A stretch of DNA of 64,000 nt from IMG/VR virus record IMGVR_UViG_3300028394_000040; one strand, given 5' to 3'. The notes below the pieces were generated by a model that was not told the origin of the DNA, ran no database searches, and was given only the letters and a program-made list of their open reading frames with translations. Within the stretch, counting starts at the first letter, position 1, and every line of letters begins with the position of its first letter. Shown here piece by piece: positions 29,186 through 39,403 of the stretch. The position numbers and the translations under genes were made by a program. The DNA is from a virus.

Positions 29186-32100
29186 TTATGCTAATCTAAT
29201 TAATACAAAGTTTCCGTTTCTATATAAGCCTCCTAATGGAACACCGCCAGCTGCTGCTGCTGTATCGTCAACAAAATTCAATGATTGAGATACCTGTGTT
29301 AATAATACATAGCCAGAATTTACTGTTACGTTCTGGTTTAAGGTATTAATGAATGATGAAGTAACTGCATATGATGCAGATGTCGCCGTTAATGCATAAG
29401 AAGAACTAGTAGCTGTTACTGCATATGATGCAGATGTCGCCGTTAATGCATAAGAAGAACTAGTAGCTGTTACTGCATATGATGCCGAAGTAGCATTTGG
29501 TGCTCCGTTAATACCGGAGAAGTTAGCTACTGCTTTACCTGTTACTGCAGATGCAAAGTATAATTCTGCCGTATTAGTATCTACTGCTTTAATAGCTGCA
29601 GGAATAATTACGTAGTCAGAAGGATCGTATACTTCGAAGTTTACATACTTGGAATTTAAATTGTGAGTAAATGACCAAGTAACTGCAGCAGATGTTTGAT
29701 TTAATAATGAAGTTGAACCTGTTGCATATAACCCTCCTCCATTGGATGCTACTGCAAATCCTGTCGCTGCGTAATCGAATCTAATCTCTGCTGTATAGAG
29801 ACTAGTACCGACAATATCGTTAGGGATAAGCTGTTTATAGTCGCTTCCGTATACCTGTATTAAAGGATGTCTAGAGTTTAAATTATGAGTAAACGACCAA
29901 GTAGTAGCAGCTACTGACTGCGTAAGGAATGTAGTAAAGCCCGGTGCGTTAGAAGCAGATAATGCAAAAGTAGCAAATGATGCAGATGTTGCAAAAGAAG
30001 AAGTACCGTATAAGCTTCCAGTTATACCTGCTGTTACATATAAGCTACCTGTTATTACTGCCGAACCTGAAAATGGGAATCCAACTCCGGCAGAACCGCT
30101 GATGTATGATGCAGTTAAAGCGTAAGAAGCTGTTATTGAATTCTGTACGTAAGAAGCAGTTAAAGCATTTACTACGTAGCTAGCAGTTTGTGCATTAGCA
30201 ACGTAAGATGCTGTATAAGCATTAGCAGCTTGTGAAGCACTTATTGCATTCTGTACGTACGACGCTGTAAGTGCATTTACAACATAGCTAGCAGTTTGAG
30301 CATTAGCTACGTAAGATGCAGTTGCTGCTAAAGAAGCGCTTATTGCATTCTGTACGTAAGATGCTGTCAAAGCGTTAGTAACGTAACTAGCAGTTAATGC
30401 TGTTACTACGTAAGATGCCGTTAAAGCATTTACTACGTAGCTTGCTGTCTGTGCATTAGCTACATATGATGCTGTATATGAATTTGCCGACTGTGATGCA
30501 GATATCGCATTCTGCACGTAAGATGCAGTCAAGGAATTAACTACATACGATGCAGTCAACGCATTTACTACGTAACTTGCTGTCTGTGCATTAGCAACAT
30601 AAGATGCTGTAGTAGCTGTTCCTAATAAAGATCCTGTAAATGATAATGCTGTAACTGATCCAGTAATACCTACAGAGCCAGTAAACTCATGTGTGTTGCT
30701 TTGAAGTGAGCCGAACCTAGTTGAACCTGTTACGAATTGAACAGAAGAGGTTACCGTCTGTACTACTAAAGTTTGAGCAGTTATTGTATTTGATACAGTA
30801 ACTCCCCCTAAAACATTTAAAGAGCCTGTTAACCCATAAGAACCTGATAGCTCTTTTTTGTTAGTCCAAACTGAACCGCTCTTCATTAGTAAATCACCGT
30901 AGGAACCCGTAGTAGTATTATCCACTACATCATGAAGTTCTCCTATCTCATATCCATTATCAACTCTAACGTATATTTCACCGTTTCCTGCTGATACCTT
31001 TGTAACATATCCTAGTCTTACAGCATGTAAAGGAGCTATAGGTCTAGTAGTAGTAAAGGTACCATTTGCCCCCAGATAAAGATTGTCACCGGCTGTTAAT
31101 CCCGAGGTATTTAATCCATTAAGGATACCTTCTGTAATTACTACGCCAAATGCGTTGTTGTTTATATTAGCTGTAGCTATACCTAAAGTATTCGCTGAAG
31201 TACTATCACTAAGATAAGATGCGGTAGTTATTAATAAATTAGTTCCATCAGAGCCATATATGTGTGTAACTTGTCCTTTAAGTATATTCATAGCAGCCTT
31301 TACGGAAACTGCCGATTGAAAGGATAAGGCTGACTGCGTTACAAAAGATGAAGTCAATGCATAGGATGCTGTAAATGTGAAATCAGCAATCGATGCTGTA
31401 TACGAACTACTTACAGTCCCTTTAACATCACTACCGCTAACATAGCTTGCAGTTAAAGCATAAGATGCAGTTAACGGTACATTTAACGAGTAAGAAGCTG
31501 TTAATGCATTAGTGGCATATGAAGAACTAACTGCATTTAATACGTAAGAAGCAGTTTGTGCTGTCTTAATATAAGATGCTGTATGTGAATACGAGGCAGT
31601 TAAAGCTTGATTAGCATAAGACGCTGTATAAACATAAGAAGCAGTAACTACGTTACCTCCTTTAGATGCTACAGCTGTTCCAGTTCTATTAGAAGAGAAG
31701 TAGATTACAGCGCTACCGGTATCTATAGCATGTATTTGCTGAGGTACTATTACATTATCATTTGCGTCGTAAATAGTAAATACAGGATAAGTAGTACCTA
31801 AATTATGAGTAAAGGACCAAGTAGTAGCCGGTGTTGTTTGAAGCAATACTGCATTAGCGCTATTAGTATCACCACCTCCTCCGCCTCCAGGTATATAGAT
31901 AGAAGCTGTACCGGCAGATATTGTAGCTGTTACTCCTGCTCCATTAAAGTTGAAGAAAGAAGATGTACCTTGTAAATTACCTTCGTCAGCTATGTATATA
32001 GCACTTATTCCTCCTCCGCCTCCTGCATTCATAGCATAAGAAGCAGTTAAAGCGTACGATGAAGATGTAGCATTATCTGCAATAGATGCAGTATAAGAAG

Positions 32101-35026
32101 AGCTAACCGTTCCTTTTACATTAGAACCGCTAACATAGCTAGCAGTTATTGCTAGAGAAGCTGTAGCAGACTGCCCCAATACATAAGAAGCAGTAAGAGC
32201 AAAAGCTGAAAACGATGCACTAGTTGCTGTATCTGCTAAAGAAGCAGTGTAAGAACTACTTACTGTTCCTTTTACGTTAGAACCGCTTATGTATGATGCA
32301 GAAATTGAATTTACAACGTATGAAGCTGTAAGAGCGTTAACTACATATGATGCTGTTTGTGCATTAGCTACATAACTAGCTGTATATGCATTAGCAGCTT
32401 GAGATGCACTTATTGCATTCTGTACATAGGATGCCGTTAAAGCGTTGACAACATAACTAGCAGTAGCAGCTAAAGAAGCACTTATAGCATTCTGTACATA
32501 AGAAGCAGTTAAAGCGTTAACAACGTAAGAAGCTGTAAGGGCATTTACTACGTAGCTTGCTGTGTAAGAATTAGCTGCTTGTGATGCAGATATTGCATTT
32601 TGTACGTAAGAAGCAGTTAAAGCGTTTACTACATAACTAGCAGTTTGGGCATAGCTAGCAGAAGCAACCGACATACTTCCTGTCTGGTTTTCCAATACAA
32701 CCGGTATTCCATTTACCGTCAAGCTTCCAGTTATGCCAACTGAGCCGGTTAATTGCTGTACGTCTGATAAACTGTTACCAAATTTGTTAGAACCGCTGCT
32801 GTAAATTATAGAAGAACTAACGATTTGTACGTTAATTGATTGAGCGGTAATGTTACCAGTAAATAATGCGTTAGAACCAGAGAGATTATTCCTAACCAAT
32901 AGGTTATCAGCACTAGATGCTGTTAGTGCATTAGATGCTGTTAATGCATTCAATGCATATGATGCTGTTGTAGCTACATTAGCGTAAGAAGCCGATGTTG
33001 TATTGCTAGCATAAGAAGCAGATGTAGCTCTGTCTGCTAAAGAGGCTGTAAACGAAGAACTAACCGTACCAAATACATTAGAACCACTAACGTAGCTAGC
33101 AGTTACAGCTGATGAAGCTGTAGCAGGTATATTTAAAGCATATGATGCTGTAGTGGCAAAATCTGCATAAGATGCAGTTCCTAATAAGCTTCCAGTGAAA
33201 GAAGTAGCTCTAACTGTACCTAATACATTTATACTTCCAGTATTTTCAATAGAACCCGTAGAAATATATGATCCTGTGAATACCATTGTGTCGGCATTCA
33301 TAGTCATTAACGTAGTTCCAGTAGAGCCTACTAAATTAGTAGTACCTGATACTATTAATGAACCTGTAAAGGTAGCACTACCGGTAAACTGGCTGTTTGA
33401 ATTTACTTTCAGGCCGTAAGCTGGATCTACTGATGCTGTTACGCTTCCAGAAGCTATTCTTGTTACCTCTAACCCTACTATAGCAGAAGCAGTAACATAA
33501 GATGCTGTAGCTGCAGTAGTAGCAAAAGAAGAAGATAAAGCTGTATTAGAATAAGAAGCTGAGGTAGCTACGCTAGCATAGGATGCAGAAGTGGCTGTAT
33601 CAGCTAATGATGCAGTGAATGAACTGCTTACTGCTCCTTTTACATTAGAACCACTTACGTAAGAAGCAGTATAAGCATTATCCGCAATAGAAGCAGTATA
33701 AGAACTACTAACTGTACCTTTAACGTTAGAACCGCTTACATAACTTGCTGTAACTGCAGAAGAAGCAGTAGCAGGTATGTTTAAAGCATAAGATGCAGTA
33801 AGAGCAAAGCTAGAAAACGATGCAGTAGTAGCAGTATCAGATAGTGAGGCTGTAAATGAGCTACTAACAGTGCCTTTTACATTGGAACCACTTACATAAG
33901 ATGCAGATATTGCAAAGGAAGCTGTAACAGGTACGTTTAGAGCATATGATGCTGTAAGGGCAAAGCTAGAAAACGATGCTGTTGTAGCTGTATCTGCTAA
34001 AGAAGAAGTAAATGAACTACTAACAGTACCCTTAACATTACTTCCACTTACATATGATGAAGAAATAGCGGTAACGACATAAGATGCAGTCAGAGCATTA
34101 ACAACATAACTAGCTGTCAATGCATTTACTACATAAGAGGCAGTATAAGCATTATCGGCTATAGATGCCGTATAAGAAGAACTAACAGTTCCTTTTACAT
34201 TAGAACCACTTACAAATGATGCTGTATAAGCATTAGCAGCTTGAGAAGCAGAAATAGCATTCTGTACGTAAGAAGCTGTTAGAGCATTAACAACGTAGCT
34301 AGCTGTTTGAGCAAAGCTAGCAGTTGCTACAGACATACTTCCTGTCTGATTAGCCGTAATAACAGATTGATTATTTACTGTTAAACTACCTGTTATACCT
34401 ACTGAGCCAGTAAATTGCTGTATATCGGTAAGTTTGTTACCGAATATATTAGAACCGCTACTGTATACTGTAGATGAAGATACAATTTGTGCTACAATTT
34501 TTTGAGCAGTAATTGTTCCTGTAAATAATGCATCAGAACCAGTTAATACGTTTCTGATTATAAAGTTATCTGCAGAAGATGCTGTTAAAGCGTTAGATGC
34601 AGTTAATGCATTCAAAGCATAACTAGCAGTCGTAGGTACGTTTAACGCATAAGAAGCTGTATTAGCATACGATGCTGATAGAGCAGCTAAGGCATAGCTA
34701 GATGTAGCAGGTATGTTTAACGAATACGATGCTGTTGTAGCATAGTTAGCAAAAGATGCTGAGGTTGAATTGTTAGAATACGATGCGGATGTGGCAGTAG
34801 CTGCAGAACCAGCTTGACTGGCATAAGCTGCATAAGAAGCAGATACTACTGAGCCACTGCTGTCAGTACTTGCTAATGCAACGATTGATTCTGATGTTCC
34901 TTGTACCTTTTTTAAGTAGACTTTTGCGTCATAGGTGTTTATTGCTAACTCTCCTTGAGCTAAATCGCCAACACTTGGTACTTTTCCAGGTACAGAACTA
35001 CGTTTTAGTTCTATTTTTACTGCCAT
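29186..35026 (-). CDS. Long Ser/Thr/Ala-rich fibre 1 (1946 aa)
   Basis: N-terminal fibre-anchor-like IELKRSSVPGKVP..GELAINTYD; dozens of TASY repeats; three copies of the shared core; three 'WSFTHNL' domains. Confidence 0.8.
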   Translation of the reverse strand: MAVKIELKRSSVPGKVPSVGDLAQGELAINTYDAKVYLKKVQGTSESIVALASTDSSGSVVSASYAAYASQAGSAATATSASYSNNSTSASFANYATTASYSLNIPATSSYALAALSASYANTASYALNVPTTASYALNALTASNALTASSADNFIIRNVLTGSDALFTGTITAQKIVAQIVSSSTVYSSGSNIFGNKLTDIQQFTGSVGITGSLTVNNQSVITANQTGSMSVATASFAQTASYVVNALTASYVQNAISASQAANAYTASFVSGSNVKGTVSSSYTASIADNAYTASYVVNALTASYVVNALTASYVVTAISSSYVSGSNVKGTVSSSFTSSLADTATTASFSSFALTASYALNVPVTASFAISASYVSGSNVKGTVSSSFTASLSDTATTASFSSFALTASYALNIPATASSAVTASYVSGSNVKGTVSSSYTASIADNAYTASYVSGSNVKGAVSSSFTASLADTATSASYASVATSASYSNTALSSSFATTAATASYVTASAIVGLEVTRIASGSVTASVDPAYGLKVNSNSQFTGSATFTGSLIVSGTTNLVGSTGTTLMTMNADTMVFTGSYISTGSIENTGSINVLGTVRATSFTGSLLGTASYADFATTASYALNIPATASSAVTASYVSGSNVFGTVSSSFTASLADRATSASYASNTTSASYANVATTASYALNALTASNALTASSADNLLVRNNLSGSNALFTGNITAQSINVQIVSSSIIYSSGSNKFGNSLSDVQQLTGSVGITGSLTVNGIPVVLENQTGSMSVASASYAQTASYVVNALTASYVQNAISASQAANSYTASYVVNALTASYVVNALTASYVQNAISASLAATASYVVNALTASYVQNAISASQAANAYTASYVANAQTASYVVNALTASYVVNSISASYISGSNVKGTVSSSYTASLADTATSASFSAFALTASYVLGQSATASLAITASYVSGSNVKGTVSSSYTASIADNATSSSYALTASYAMNAGGGGGISAIYIADEGNLQGTSSFFNFNGAGVTATISAGTASIYIPGGGGGGDTNSANAVLLQTTPATTWSFTHNLGTTYPVFTIYDANDNVIVPQQIHAIDTGSAVIYFSSNRTGTAVASKGGNVVTASYVYTASYANQALTASYSHTASYIKTAQTASYVLNAVSSSYATNALTASYSLNVPLTASYALTASYVSGSDVKGTVSSSYTASIADFTFTASYALTSSFVTQSALSFQSAVSVKAAMNILKGQVTHIYGSDGTNLLITTASYLSDSTSANTLGIATANINNNAFGVVITEGILNGLNTSGLTAGDNLYLGANGTFTTTRPIAPLHAVRLGYVTKVSAGNGEIYVRVDNGYEIGELHDVVDNTTTGSYGDLLMKSGSVWTNKKELSGSYGLTGSLNVLGGVTVSNTITAQTLVVQTVTSSVQFVTGSTRFGSLQSNTHEFTGSVGITGSVTALSFTGSLLGTATTASYVANAQTASYVVNALTASYVVNSLTASYVQNAISASQSANSYTASYVANAQTASYVVNALTASYVVTALTASYVTNALTASYVQNAISASLAATASYVANAQTASYVVNALTASYVQNAISASQAANAYTASYVANAQTASYVVNALTASYVQNSITASYALTASYISGSAGVGFPFSGSAVITGSLYVTAGITGSLYGTSSFATSASFATFALSASNAPGFTTFLTQSVAATTWSFTHNLNSRHPLIQVYGSDYKQLIPNDIVGTSLYTAEIRFDYAATGFAVASNGGGLYATGSTSLLNQTSAAVTWSFTHNLNSKYVNFEVYDPSDYVIIPAAIKAVDTNTAELYFASAVTGKAVANFSGINGAPNATSASYAVTATSSSYALTATSASYAVTATSSSYALTATSASYAVTSSFINTLNQNVTVNSGYVLLTQVSQSLNFVDDTAAAAGGVPLGGLYRNGNFVLIRLA
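29364..29485. repeat. 54-bp exact coding tandem repeat, about 2.3 copies (ATSASYAVTATSSSYALT)
   Basis: actgcatatgatgcagatgtcgccgttaatgcataagaagaactagtagctgtt repeated. Confidence 0.85.
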
Positions 35027-35138
35027 AGCAATGGTAACTTTTTAAAGATATGTATCCAGTCGTATTCGTGTCTATCTAGACATTAATAAATATACAATTT
35101 ACCTCTTTTATATATTCCCTATGATGTCGGTTTGTAAA

Positions 35139-36122
35139 TTAATACCCGAATCTTATTTTGTAGGTTGCGTGTAATGCTTGTATTTCCGCTAATGTTAATA
35201 CTCCGCTATATACTTTTACAAATCCTACATCTCCAGTCACAGGTTCAATACTTGTAGTAGAAGTATTAAATCTACCAAATAATCTTAAACCATTAAATCC
35301 ACCACTTCCTGTACGAGTCCCATTTGTTGTAGTAGGTGCAGTATTGGTAGCAATATACGCTTTTGAACTATTAGTTGTATTTAATCCATCGTCGGTAAGC
35401 CATATAAAGCGCCAAGTAGCAGTAGCGGTAGTTGAATTAGCACCAACAAATGAACCATTAAATGCAATATTCATACGAGTTGTACCCGATGCCCATATAC
35501 CCATTAAGAAATCAGGCGATAATGAGTTAGCATTTAGCAACCTACCCCCCGTTACACCATCCCATTTGTATGCCATAAATACCGTATAAGCTTGAGTTCC
35601 GGATGAATAATTAGGTCCACCATAAAACATATCGGATGTACCTGTTGATGATTTTCTAAATACTCCACCATTTGCCGAATTCCACGCCATACTAGTACTG
35701 GTATTTGTCATTGTAATAGTATAGGCACCTGTACCGGCAATTGTAGAACCATTAGTAGGCATTGCCGAATAGTTAGCGGCATCTAGATCAAATACTAAAG
35801 CAGCAGCAGGGGCTGGTATATTAGATGCGGTAGGGGTGTTAGTAGGTGTAGGGGTAGAAGTTAACGTTGGTGTTGCAGTACTGCTATTAGTAGGGGTAGA
35901 AGTTAACGTTGGTGTTGCAGTACTGCTATTAGTAGGCGTCTGTGTTAATGTAGGAGTAGACGTTGGAGTTTGCGTTGCGGTTTGTGTAGCTGTAGTAGTA
36001 GCAGTTGGTGTTGGTACCGGTTGAGAAGAACCAGAAAGATTAAACGATATACCACCACTATTTAAAACATTAACGAAAGATAAGCTACCTGAACCGCTGG
36101 AATTAATTATATGTAGTGCCAT
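35139..36122 (-). CDS. Virion protein with Pro/Thr mucin-like linker and LamG/ConA-like lectin domain
   Basis: TPTATTT..TPTNTPT linker; LVFDLDAANY..GDVGFVKVYSGVLTLAEIQ. Confidence 0.7.
   Translation of the reverse strand: MALHIINSSGSGSLSFVNVLNSGGISFNLSGSSQPVPTPTATTTATQTATQTPTSTPTLTQTPTNSSTATPTLTSTPTNSSTATPTLTSTPTPTNTPTASNIPAPAAALVFDLDAANYSAMPTNGSTIAGTGAYTITMTNTSTSMAWNSANGGVFRKSSTGTSDMFYGGPNYSSGTQAYTVFMAYKWDGVTGGRLLNANSLSPDFLMGIWASGTTRMNIAFNGSFVGANSTTATATWRFIWLTDDGLNTTNSSKAYIATNTAPTTTNGTRTGSGGFNGLRLFGRFNTSTTSIEPVTGDVGFVKVYSGVLTLAEIQALHATYKIRFGY
35851..35934. repeat. 42-bp exact duplication in the Pro/Thr linker
   Basis: ggggtagaagttaacgttggtgttgcagtactgctattagta, two copies. Confidence 0.85.
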
Positions 36123-36131
36123 AACTCAGAA

Positions 36132-36353
36132 TTAAAAACTACCTCCGTCAACAGGATTGCCATTATAAGAACCAGATTCTACATTAGGTGAATCCGTAAC
36201 GTAGAATGAACCAGAAACTCTTAATGAAGGAGTACTAGGGTTCGTCTGTAAGATTGTGGCAGACCCAGAGACAACAAAGCTACCAGTAGCTATTAGTTGA
36301 CTGCCAGATACTCTTAAAGGTACTTCTATTTGATCTAATGTAACTCTTGCCAT
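36132..36353 (-). CDS. Small virion structural protein, SGS-rich
   Basis: 73 aa with five [ST]GS motifs; ends DGGSF. Confidence 0.6.
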   Translation of the reverse strand: MARVTLDQIEVPLRVSGSQLIATGSFVVSGSATILQTNPSTPSLRVSGSFYVTDSPNVESGSYNGNPVDGGSF

Positions 36354-36354
36354 G

Positions 36355-37635
36355 TTAGCCGAATTTTCCTACTCCTATAATTTCTTTTGTTGTTCCATCG
36401 CTATTAGTTAATAAGTAGCCTAATGTTGCAGAATTGACTGTTAAAACTACATTCGAACCGACTTCAACAAAGCTAACTATATCTTTTCCTGGGATTGTTA
36501 TACCGTTAGCGTAAAAACTAAAGTTATCCTTAGTAGTAGGCGGTAATCCTGAGCCTCCTGTAGGTTGTAAGATATAAGTATTACTAAAGGTAGCAGTAGT
36601 CCCAGAATTTACTGTGGCTGTCTTTGCTTTAGATACACCTAGATAATCTAGGTCAGCAGGATCAATAGTAAAGGTGTTTGATATATTACTTATATTAACT
36701 GAGTCATTAACTTGAACACCGTTAAGTGATCTAGCTGTTCCTTGTAACTGCTGTACAGTAAACATTTCACTAGAAGTAGATGTCTCTAATCCAAACTGTA
36801 TCTGAGCTGTACCAAATGCTTTCTTAGCATTAGCCATATCTCTGTTTATACTATCGGGAATAATATATCCGTTTAATACTATTTGAAATGTACTCCTTAA
36901 CGTCCTATCTGAGCCCGCTTCTAGTAATACAGATGTAGGGAAAGAATCTATTCTAGCTTTAAATTGAAATTTTGAAGGATCTCCCCAATAAGAATTAGAA
37001 GCAAAATTTATAGATTCTATTAACTGATTCATTTGCTCTACAAAGTCTGTAAACATTACTACTGTATATGTTAATGTAACATAATCAGGAGGAAACGCTA
37101 CTATAAACTCTTTAGAAGGTTTTGAATTAGTTAATATATTAAAGTTATCGTAGAAGTTTCTCTTATTATACTTCTTCTCAAATAAAATAAAATTATGTAT
37201 TTGATTTCCGTCTAATTTATTACCTAACGAACGATTAGGTTCAAGATTATCTCTTCTAAAAGTAATTAACGGTGCTTGTATTTTACCTGATGAGTCTCTA
37301 AGAAAGCCATCTGCTTGTATAGATTTCCATTTCTCCGGTGAGCTGTATACTACAGGTACTAATCTCTTTCTATTATTTTGAAAGACTGATAGCTTTAGTA
37401 CATTATGGAAATAAAAAGATATGGCTTGATCCATATCCTCAAGACCCACAGCTATACTTACTGTATCATCTCCTTTCATTGAGATCTCTAAAGATCTATT
37501 GAATTCGGCTTGACCAGGTTTAATTTCTTCAGAGTATACCTGGTTAGGGTTCCCCATAGTAGGATCGTATGGAGTAACTAACTTATCCATAAATTCTCTA
37601 CGATTCTCAGGCCTTGGTCGATATGTATTAGGCAT
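36355..37635 (-). CDS. Tail terminator / sheath stabiliser (T4 gp15-like)
   Basis: VPVVYSSPEKW..PLITFRR..PDYVTLTY..QMNQLIE; follows the neck genes. Confidence 0.65.
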   Translation of the reverse strand: MPNTYRPRPENRREFMDKLVTPYDPTMGNPNQVYSEEIKPGQAEFNRSLEISMKGDDTVSIAVGLEDMDQAISFYFHNVLKLSVFQNNRKRLVPVVYSSPEKWKSIQADGFLRDSSGKIQAPLITFRRDNLEPNRSLGNKLDGNQIHNFILFEKKYNKRNFYDNFNILTNSKPSKEFIVAFPPDYVTLTYTVVMFTDFVEQMNQLIESINFASNSYWGDPSKFQFKARIDSFPTSVLLEAGSDRTLRSTFQIVLNGYIIPDSINRDMANAKKAFGTAQIQFGLETSTSSEMFTVQQLQGTARSLNGVQVNDSVNISNISNTFTIDPADLDYLGVSKAKTATVNSGTTATFSNTYILQPTGGSGLPPTTKDNFSFYANGITIPGKDIVSFVEVGSNVVLTVNSATLGYLLTNSDGTTKEIIGVGKFG

Positions 37636-38131
37636 CCGGTATAGTTTGGGTTATTCCTATTTTTTCTCCTCTTGTATAATGAGTAGTCAATGTATATGAG
37701 TAGCTATCATTACTACCAAATTTTTGCATTCCTTGTGAGTATGAGTAGTCAGCGTCTTTACCCATTATTAACTGATTAGCGTTAACGTTATCTACTTGGT
37801 AATATAATTCGTTGTACATAACTACATCACCGATTTCCGGTACTATATTAGCTGCTACAATGTCATCTGTAGCTATCCTAAATACTACCTCTCGAGTTGT
37901 GTCAACAGTTAAATCATCTACTCCTACATTAAAATCACCTCTTTCTATAAGACAAAAAAGGAGTACAGGTCCAATATAATTTTTACTTAAAGACTCTCCG
38001 TAAAAATTAATAGTAGAATCATCTAAGTTAAGCTTGTAGTAACCTATTTGCTGACTAATAACATCTTGTACTAACTCTCTTGAGATAGTTTTAAATGTAG
38101 AAACATCTGAACCGTATCCAAATAATGCCAT
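37628..38131 (-). CDS. Neck / head-closure protein (T4 gp14-like)
   Basis: NFYGESLSK..PEIGDVVMY; lies between the gp13-like and gp15-like genes. Confidence 0.65.
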   Translation of the reverse strand: MALFGYGSDVSTFKTISRELVQDVISQQIGYYKLNLDDSTINFYGESLSKNYIGPVLLFCLIERGDFNVGVDDLTVDTTREVVFRIATDDIVAANIVPEIGDVVMYNELYYQVDNVNANQLIMGKDADYSYSQGMQKFGSNDSYSYTLTTHYTRGEKIGITQTIPDA

Positions 38132-38132
38132 C

Positions 38133-39296
38133 TTATCCTATGTAAATCATTAATGGTATGTTATCTAAAGTAGATTTCATAGCTATATTCTCTGCCTGTT
38201 TTCTTTCTAACTGGCTTTGTCTTGTAGTTTGATCCAAATCTCCTCTTAATTTTTCTAGCAGAGAAGCTTTTTCTGCTCTTGCATCCGTCAATAAGTCAGC
38301 TTGATTTAAAGTCGTCTCATCTCCCGGTACAGGAATAATAGAGTATTTACCTCTTATATAAGCTAAAGCTTCTTTAGCTAAAGCAGAAGTGTACTCAAAT
38401 ATCCAATATCTCCCCGGAGAATTAATTTGACTGTATGTAGGATTAGCGTACGGTACATTACTAACATTCGTGACCAAATTTCTTGACCCAGAGTACGGGC
38501 CGTTTGCTGGATTTCTTGCATCGAATTCTGTTGTATATTCAAACCACATATGCCCTACAGCGTCTCCTGGTATAGGGAATACTTTTAATTTATTATCTGT
38601 TAACTCAAAAGAGAATTGTGAACGTCTAACTTGGTCAGACATCTCAATCGCCTGTATTCTTTGGATGTCCCAATATAAAGGGAACATCATATAAGATACT
38701 GCAGGAGAATAAGAACCCCATCCAAACGTTTCCATTAAGCCTTGGTAGTTGTAACCTGAGCCTAAATAAGGGTCAAAGTAACGAACTATAGCAGGTGTCT
38801 GTTGGTAGAATACCCTTTGTATTCTTATTGAATCACCAGGCTGTAATGAAGCAGAAGATGATGCCCAAGCATTAAGGTCATAAACTTGTTTACGTGCTTC
38901 TAGTTCAACCGACCCCGAACGCCATTCAACGTACCCTCCTACACCTATTTGCTGGCCGTAATTGTCAGCTATAGCTATAAGATTAGCTAACCCAGGGTTT
39001 ACTACTGTGTTATTTAATGCTGAGCCGGTAAGAGAACCTTCAAGACTTAAATAGTTATCTCTAATTTTCATTAGATAAACTTCATTACCGTAGGTAGTTA
39101 CTGCTTCTTCAAAACAAGAAAAGAAGTTAATATCTTGGAGCTCAACCTCCATAATAGGATAGCCAAGCTTTCTTGCACAGAATACAGCTACTTTATTAGC
39201 GTCTGATTGGAAAGAAGAATCGGAATCGTAAAATCCAAATGGAGTACTTCCAGTATAGAATGAGCTAGACCCTGGCCATATAGGTTTATTTGCCAT
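38133..39296 (-). CDS. Neck protein (T4 gp13-like)
   Basis: RKLGYPIMEVEL..WIFEYTSALAKE..IRGKY..TLNQADLL..ends P..IYIG. Confidence 0.8.
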   Translation of the reverse strand: MANKPIWPGSSSFYTGSTPFGFYDSDSSFQSDANKVAVFCARKLGYPIMEVELQDINFFSCFEEAVTTYGNEVYLMKIRDNYLSLEGSLTGSALNNTVVNPGLANLIAIADNYGQQIGVGGYVEWRSGSVELEARKQVYDLNAWASSSASLQPGDSIRIQRVFYQQTPAIVRYFDPYLGSGYNYQGLMETFGWGSYSPAVSYMMFPLYWDIQRIQAIEMSDQVRRSQFSFELTDNKLKVFPIPGDAVGHMWFEYTTEFDARNPANGPYSGSRNLVTNVSNVPYANPTYSQINSPGRYWIFEYTSALAKEALAYIRGKYSIIPVPGDETTLNQADLLTDARAEKASLLEKLRGDLDQTTRQSQLERKQAENIAMKSTLDNIPLMIYIG

Positions 39297-39341
39297 TTAA
39301 TTACAATGTAGTTTTATATAAATAGGGAAGCTCTCGTAAAT

Positions 39342-39370
39342 AAAAAAACAAGCCCCCAAAGGAGGCTTGC
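39342..39370 (-). terminator. Intrinsic terminator after the major capsid gene
   Basis: Minus strand reads CAAGCCTCC-TTT-GGGGGCTTG-TTTTTTT. Confidence 0.8.
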
Positions 39371-39403
39371 TTTAATTACTCTTACTCGTCTTATTAGTTA
39401 AGA

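Noticed and set aside
11866-35026. Diversity-generating retroelement or invertase shufflon acting on the fibres
   Set aside because: No reverse transcriptase, recombinase, non-coding template repeat with adenine-specific mismatches, or inverted cassettes were seen. All repeats are direct and coding.
22203-35934. CRISPR-like arrays
   Set aside because: The repeats are in-frame tandem coding units (27, 42, 54 and 63 bp) without unique spacers.
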